This document shows, piece by piece, positions 46,750-53,030 of a DNA stretch of 53,030 nt. The translations under genes were made by a program, and so were the position numbers. Within the stretch, counting starts at the first letter, position 1. Each line of letters opens with the position of its first letter. This DNA comes from Chiloscyllium plagiosum (lineage: Eukaryota). Under the pieces are notes generated by a model, which was not told the DNA's origin, searched no databases, and saw only the letters and a list, made by a program, of their open reading frames with translations. The stretch is from contig NC_057720.1 in assembly GCF_004010195.1 (NCBI RefSeq), forward strand, positions 24,354,027-24,407,056. The letters are read 5' to 3'.

Positions 46750-48722
46750 TCCCAAAGAAGGAAGCATATGTCAGGTACAGACAGGATAGATCAAGTGAAT
46801 CCTTAGAAGAGTATAAAGGAAGTAGGAGTATACTTAAGAGGGAAATCAGGAGGGCAAAAAGGGGACATGAGATAGCTTTGGCAAACAGAATTAAGGAGAA
46901 TCCAAAGGGTTTTTACAAATATATTAAGGACAAAAGGGTAACTAGGGAGAGAATAAGGCCCCTCAAAGATTAGCAAGGAGGCCTTTGTGTGGAGCCACAG
47001 AAGATGGAGGAGATACTAAATGAATATTTTGTATTAGTATTTACTGTGGAAAAGGATATGGAAGATATAGACAGAAAGGAAATTGATGGTGACATCTTGC
47101 AAAATGTCCAGATTACAGAGGAGGAAGTACTGGATGTCTTGAAAAGGGTAAAGGTAGATAAATCCCCAGGACCTGATCAGGTGTACCCGAGAACTCTATG
47201 GGAAGCCAGAGAAGTGATTGCTGAGCCTCTTGCTGAGATATTTATATCATCGATAGTCACAGGTGAGGTGCCGGAAGACTGGAGGTTGGCAAACATGGTG
47301 CCACTGTTTAAGAAGGGCGGTAAAGACAAGCCAGGGAACTATAGACCGGTGAGCCTGACCTCAGTGGTGGGCAAGTTGTTGGAGGGAATCCTGAGGGACA
47401 GGATGTACACGTATTTGGAAAGGCAAGGACTGATTTGGGATAATCACCATGGCTTTGTGCTTGGGAAATCATGTCTCAGAAACATGATTGAGTTTTTGGA
47501 AGAGGTAACAAAGAGGATTGATGAGGGCAGAGCAGTAGATGTGATCTATATGGATCTTCAGTAAGGCGTTCGACAAGGTTCCTCATGGGAGACTGATTAG
47601 CAAGGTTAGGTCTCATGGAATACAGAGAGAACTAGCCATTTGGATACAGAACTGGCTCAAAGGTAGAAGGCAGAGGGTGGTGCTGGAGGGTTGTTTTTCA
47701 GACTGGAAGCCTGTGACCAGTGGAGTACCACAAGGATCGGTGCTGGGTCCACTACTTTTTGTCATTTACATAAATGATTTGGATGCGAGCATAAGAGGTA
47801 CAGTTGGTAAGTTTGCAGATGACACCAAAATTGGAGGTGTAGTGGACAGCGAAGAGGGTTACCTCAGATTACAACAGGATCTAGACCAGATGGGCCAATG
47901 GGCTGAGAAGTGGCAGATGGAGTTTAATTCAGATAAATGTGAATTTTGGGAAAGCAATCTTAGCAGGACTTATACACTTAATGGTATGGTCCTCAGGAGT
48001 GTTGCTGAACAAAGAGACCTTGGAGTGCAGGATCATAGTTCCTTGAAACTGGAGTCACAGGTAGATAGAATAGTGAAGAAGGCCTTTGGTATGCTTCCCT
48101 TTATTAGTCAGAGTATTGAGTACAGGAGTTGGGAGGTCATGTTATGGCTGTACAGGACATTGGTTAGGCCACTGTTGGAGTATTGCATACAATTCTGGTC
48201 TCCTTCCTATCGGAAAGATGTGAAACTTGAAAAGGTTCAGAAAAAATTTATAAGGATGTTGCCAGGGTTGGAGGATTTGAGCTACAGGGAGAGGCTGAAC
48301 AGGCTGCGGCTGTTTTCCCTGGAGGTCGGAGGCTGAGGGGTGACCTTATAGAGGTTTACAAAATTATGAGGGGCATGGATAGGATAAATAGGCAAAGTCT
48401 TTTCCCTGGGGTCGGGGAGTCCAGAACTAGAGGGCATAGGTTTAGGGTGAGAAATGAAAGATATAAAAGAGATCTAAAGAGCAACTTTTTCACGCAGAGG
48501 ATGGTACATGTATGGAATGAGCTGCCAGAGGAAGTGGTGGAGACTGGTACAATTGCAACATTTAAGAGGCATTTGGATGGGTATATGAATAGGAAGGGTT
48601 TGGAGAGATATGGGCCTGGTACTGGCAGGTGGGACTAGATTGTGTTGGGATATCTGGTCGGCATGGACGGGTTGGACTGAAGGGTCTGTTTCCATGCTGC
48701 ACATCTCCATGACTTTATGACA
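46750..48722 (+). mobile_element. HER1/CR1 LINE, 5'-truncated (~2 kb), RT domain disrupted
   Basis: ORFs 46722..48638: [49 protein letters not shown]; stops and frameshifts. Confidence 0.95.
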
Positions 48723-49130
48723 TATCTGTTTAACCTATTGTTGTGCTGTAGTTCATCAGGGTCAGACACTGCAGCCTGGGAGTCAGAGTACTGCATTCCT
48801 TGAATGGTGGCTGGGATTAAATCAAATTGGTGGTGTGCTAAGATTTCCTTTCTTGCACAGCAAATCAGAGTGTGGGGCATGGGACCTGGAAGTATTGTTC
48901 CACTGACCTGTCCTGGTTGTGCTATTTTTTCAGGTGACCACTCTTGGTAGCATATGGTATTTAATAACTTTTAGAACTCACACCGAGTTGACCTGGCCAC
49001 TCATCATGCACAGCTTGTACCTAGATTCTAGTCAAACAGTTAGATAATGAATGATTGTGTACTTACTGAGAACTAAAGCATTACAAATAAAGAGGAAGTT
49101 GCATCAGATTCTAATTTGACTGTATCCTTT

Positions 49131-49885
49131 ATCTGGTCAGGCAGCATCCGAGAAGCAGGAGTGTTGACATTCCAAGCATATGCCCTTCATCAGGAATGTT
49201 GTGGGGAAATGGCTGAGAGATAAATGGGAGGGGGGCTGGGGGAAAGATAGCTAGGAATGTGATGGGTGGACGAAGGTGGGGAGGTGATGGTGATAGGTCG
49301 GAGTGGAGGGTGGAGCGGATAGTTGGGAAGAAAGATGGGCAGGTAGGACAGTTCAAGAGGGTTGGATCTGGGATAAGGTGAGGGGAGGGGACACGAGGAA
49401 ACTTGTGAAATCAACATTGATTCTGTGGGATTGGAGGGTACCAATGCAGAAGATGATGTGTTCTTCCTCCAGTCATCTTCTGCATTGGGACCCTTCAACC
49501 ACACAGAATCAATGTCGATTTCACCAGTTTCCTCATCTCAACTACCCCCACCTTATCCCATATCCAACCCTCCAACTCAGCACCGCCCTCTTGAACTGTC
49601 CTATCTGTCCATCTTCCTTCCTACCTATCCACTCCACCTTCCACTCCGATCTATCAACATCATTCCCCACCTTCATCCACCTATTGCATTCCTCACTGCC
49701 GTCCCCCGAGCTGCACCACCTCCCATTTATCTCTCAGTTCCCTTGGCCCCCAACTCTCCCACATTGCTGTTGAAGAGCTTAAACTCGACTCTTCTGCTCC
49801 TCAGATACTGCCTGACCGGCTGTGCTTTTCCAGCACCACACTTTTTGACTCTGATCTCCAGCATCTGCAGTTCCTCACTTTATCC
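49131..49885. mobile_element. Penelope-like element with inverted 3' segments
   Basis: 49131-49485 is the reverse complement of sequence resembling 49486-49885; both end in the shared terminal motif. Confidence 0.75.
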
Positions 49886-50159
49886 CTGCATCTTTTATCT
49901 GTCATGAAATTCACAACCTTAGTGGAAAAGGGGCCAAAAATGTGGTCAAGGATTCTGTCAACTGCATTTGAAGCAGTGAAGTTCACATGTTGAAAATATT
50001 GAAATACTGCATTCATTTACCAGAACAAATATGAAATTTTGATTTCCTTCCAGGAGTCAGTAGATGGCAGTAAAAAGGTCACCGCTGGTGCAACAAAACA
50101 TCAGAAGGAATCACAAATAATAATGTGGTTGTGGTTAGCCATGAGAGTAAGACTGGAAA

Positions 50160-51050
50160 AAAAACAAAAACAGAAAATGCTTGAGAAACTCAGCTGGCAG
50201 CATTTGTGGAGAGTCATAGATGTCACTAGCAGAGTAAAGGCCTTTCAGCTCATTGTGCTTTCGCCAGTCAAAAACAACCATCTAACTACTCTAATCTCAT
50301 TTTCCAGCACTTGGCTCATAGCCAAAAAAAAGAGAAAATCAGAGTTAATGCTTTGGGTCCAGTGACCCTTCATCTGGATTGAAAGCAGCCGGGAAATGGT
50401 GACATTTATGCTGGTGATACTGGATAAGATTGTTGGGGGAAAGAGGGGAGTTGAATTGATGGAGATAGTGCCAAAGAGAGAAAACAAAAGGTGACTGGGT
50501 GTTAAAGGAAAGTATGAATAGTTGAAAATGGGTTGACAGTGTGGGAACAGCCTCTACAGAATAGGACCGGGGGGTGTTGAGATTGGTAAGAAACATAGAG
50601 AAAAATGTTCATGTTCTGAAATTGTTAAACTCAGTGTTGAGCCCTGTAAAGTATTGAGGTGGAAGGTGAGGTGTTGTTCCTCCATTTGTGTTGAGCTTTA
50701 CTGTAGCCAGCCAGCAACAGAAATGTTGGCCAGTGAACACGGTGGTGTTGAAGTGGTAAGAAACTGGAAGCTCAGGGTCATTTTTTTTTTGGATAGAGCA
50801 GAGGTGTTTCACGCAGCAGTCACCCAGTCTACATTGTCTCCCCACTGCGAGTAGGGAATATGGTAGACGAGACTAAATGAACTGCCTTAAATCACTGCTT
50901 CAAGGCATGCCTGGGGCCTTGGACAGTGAGGAGGATGTAAAGGCCAAGTGCTGCAGTTTTTGTAACCAGATGTGAAGGGGCTCTGGGGGTATAGAGGGCT
51001 GTTATGAGTGGAGGAGGAGTGGACCAGGATTTCCAGGAGGGAACAATCCC
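50160..51050 (-). mobile_element. Penelope-like element, GIY-YIG endonuclease relic
   Basis: Minus-strand RLGDCCVKHLCSIQKKNDPELPVSYHFN and TGLNTEFNNFR; terminal motif at 50160-50375. Confidence 0.75.
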
Positions 51051-51609
51051 TGCAGAATCATTCAGAGGTTGCCTGTTTATCTCCTCCTTTTTTGCTGTCT
51101 CTGGCTCCAAAGTAAAAATGATTTCTGCTGAATTTTTACATTTAAAAAATCTCTCCAACTATGCTTTAGCTGTGAAATTAATGTTGATTTTATTAACTGC
51201 AGCCATCTCGAGAGTAGATTATTTCAGCATCAGTGATTATTTATCTTATTGCACATTTGGAAAAGTTTGCACAGCAATGCTGAACCACAGGTTTCAGGTT
51301 CCAATCAGAAAATGCAGACAAATCCTGTGACGATGTTGTCACTACTGCTTTTGTGGTGATTTCACGTCATGTAAAAATACCTATTACCTTAAGAAAGACC
51401 AGGAAATATTTGTGAAATTATTTGTGGGTAAAGGAATCCTTCATTCTTGTTGCCGATGATTGAGCAATTGGATTTCACAAGACAATGACTGAGGGAACAT
51501 GAGAAACACTGAACCAATTCATGCCTGCTTCTCAGAAACAGTTGGCCAATCCTCTTCATACTGGCCCTCCACAAGAACAACTCAGAAACCGAGTATGAGG
51601 GAGGAGAGC

Positions 51610-53030
51610 TTCATTCACCCTGGCCCCTGAGGTGGTGAATTACCTCCCACCCTACCTGGGGTAATGTTACCCTCAGCCTGAGGCGGTGATTTATCCCATG
51701 ACCCTACTTCATGCAGTGAGTTACCCCCTTAGCTTCCCTGGGCAGGTAGTTAGTCCCCAGTCCCACTCCCAGCCACAAGGAGTTACCCCTAGCCCACCCC
51801 TCGGGTAGTGATTTACCCCGTGACTCCAGCTAGGGCAGAGAGTTACCTCTTAACCTCCCCAGTGTTTATTTACCTGTACCTCTACCAATGTCATCTACTG
51901 TGTCTGTTGCCCCCTGTGTGCTCTTTTTTACACTGGGGATTCAGGACGCCTTCTTGCGGATTATTTCAGAGAACATCTCTGGGAAACCCGCACCCACTAA
52001 ACACACCGCCCCATGGCTGAACACTTCAACTCCCCCTCCCACTCCATCAAGGAGATGCAGGTCCTGGGCCTCCTCCACCGCCAAACCCTTGCCTCCCGAT
52101 GACTGGAAAAAGAACGCCTTGGGATCCTGCAACCAGCTTCCACATTTCCCCTCCCACCACATTATCCCTGTCCCAAGCCTCCAACTCAGCACTGCCTCCT
52201 GGACCTGTCCGTCACTCCTATCACTTTTCCCTCACCTTCATCCACCTATTGCTTTCTCAGCTACCCTCCCATTTACCTCTCAGTCCCGGCCCACAAGCCT
52301 CATTCCTGATGAAGGGCTTATGTCCAAAATGTCGATTCTCCTGTTCTTCGGATGCTGCTTGAAGTGCTGTGCTTTTTCAGCATCACATTCTCGACTCTGA
52401 TCTCCAGCATCTGCAGTCCTCACTTTCTCCTCCTTAACCCCACCAAGGCAGGTAGTTACCTCTTTTCATTCCCACCCCCCTTTGCCCCCACCACCGACAG
52501 TGAATTACCCCAGACTCTCCCCTGTACAGGAAATTAGTTAGTGCCTGACCCTCCTGGGGAATGAGTTAATCCCCAAACTGCACCCACCCCCTACCCCGGG
52601 TAATGAATTACCACTGAACCCACCCCCTTGCGGTAATGAATTACCCCATGATCTCTCTATGCAGTTACTCAAACCCCTGGCAGATAATTGCCCCTGACAC
52701 TCAATACCATTTGCCCCCTCCACTGGCAATTAGATGCCAAATGCCCCCATCAGCACCCTTTTCACACCCAGGCAGTGAGTTACCCCCACCTCAGGGTGTG
52801 AATTACCGTCCCCGACCCCGCAGCAGTGAGTTATCCACATTCATGTCCCCAACCACCCCAAAAAGTGATACCTCCCATCCCAAGCAGTGAATTACCTACC
52901 CCCTCTCCAGGCGGGAGTTGACCCCAATTCCACACCCCCCAGACAGCCTATTGCCCCCTCCCCAGGTAATGAATTACCCCTCAGGCTCTCCCAGTGAATT
53001 ACCCCCTCCCCCTCCACACACAGTAAATTA
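51610..53030. repeat. Degenerate C-rich minisatellite with core GTGARTTACCCC (~35-40 bp period), split by a Penelope insert, running to the window end
   Basis: Repeated GCAGTGAGTTACCCC / GGTAATGAATTACCCC separated by C-rich spacers. Confidence 0.8.
51865..52432 (+). mobile_element. Penelope-like element 3' part (GIY-YIG + terminus) inserted in a satellite
   Basis: TCTSTNVIYCVCCPLCALFYTGDSGRLLADYFREHL...MAEHFNSPSH; CTGATGAAGGGC at 52306. Confidence 0.85.

Noticed and set aside
51610..53030. CRISPR-like repeat-spacer array
   Set aside because: Vertebrate context, degenerate repeats, C-rich mutually related spacers, no cas genes.

Overview
Vertebrate genomic DNA, most likely from a shark (inferred from HE1-type SINEs, HER1/CR1-type LINEs, DeuSINE-like copies and Penelope elements). 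The + strand carries 14 coding exons (1098..45074) of an FRRS1-family gene with Reeler, DOMON and cytochrome b561 domains. The exons splice with GT-AG sites into one uninterrupted frame of 510 aa plus stop, and all expected heme ligands are present; the start and signal-peptide exon(s) lie upstream of the window. Introns are full of CR1 LINE fragments, SINEs, Penelope remnants with minimal hammerhead cores, a Tigger-type MITE, RTE relics and a probable Harbinger Myb/SANT relic. The most unusual signal is in the 18.3-kb last intron: a tandem array of seven paralogous ~280-395-bp exon-like blocks on the minus strand. Six keep a pyrimidine-tract/CAG splice acceptor. Together they show a shared reconstructable peptide (~110-125 aa), synonymous-looking divergence, conserved N-x-S/T sequons and, in four copies, the same stop. 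This looks like a largely decayed antisense cassette of alternative terminal exons of an unrecognised secreted protein, with a candidate phase-1 leader exon at 45913-45982. All alignments were done by eye.
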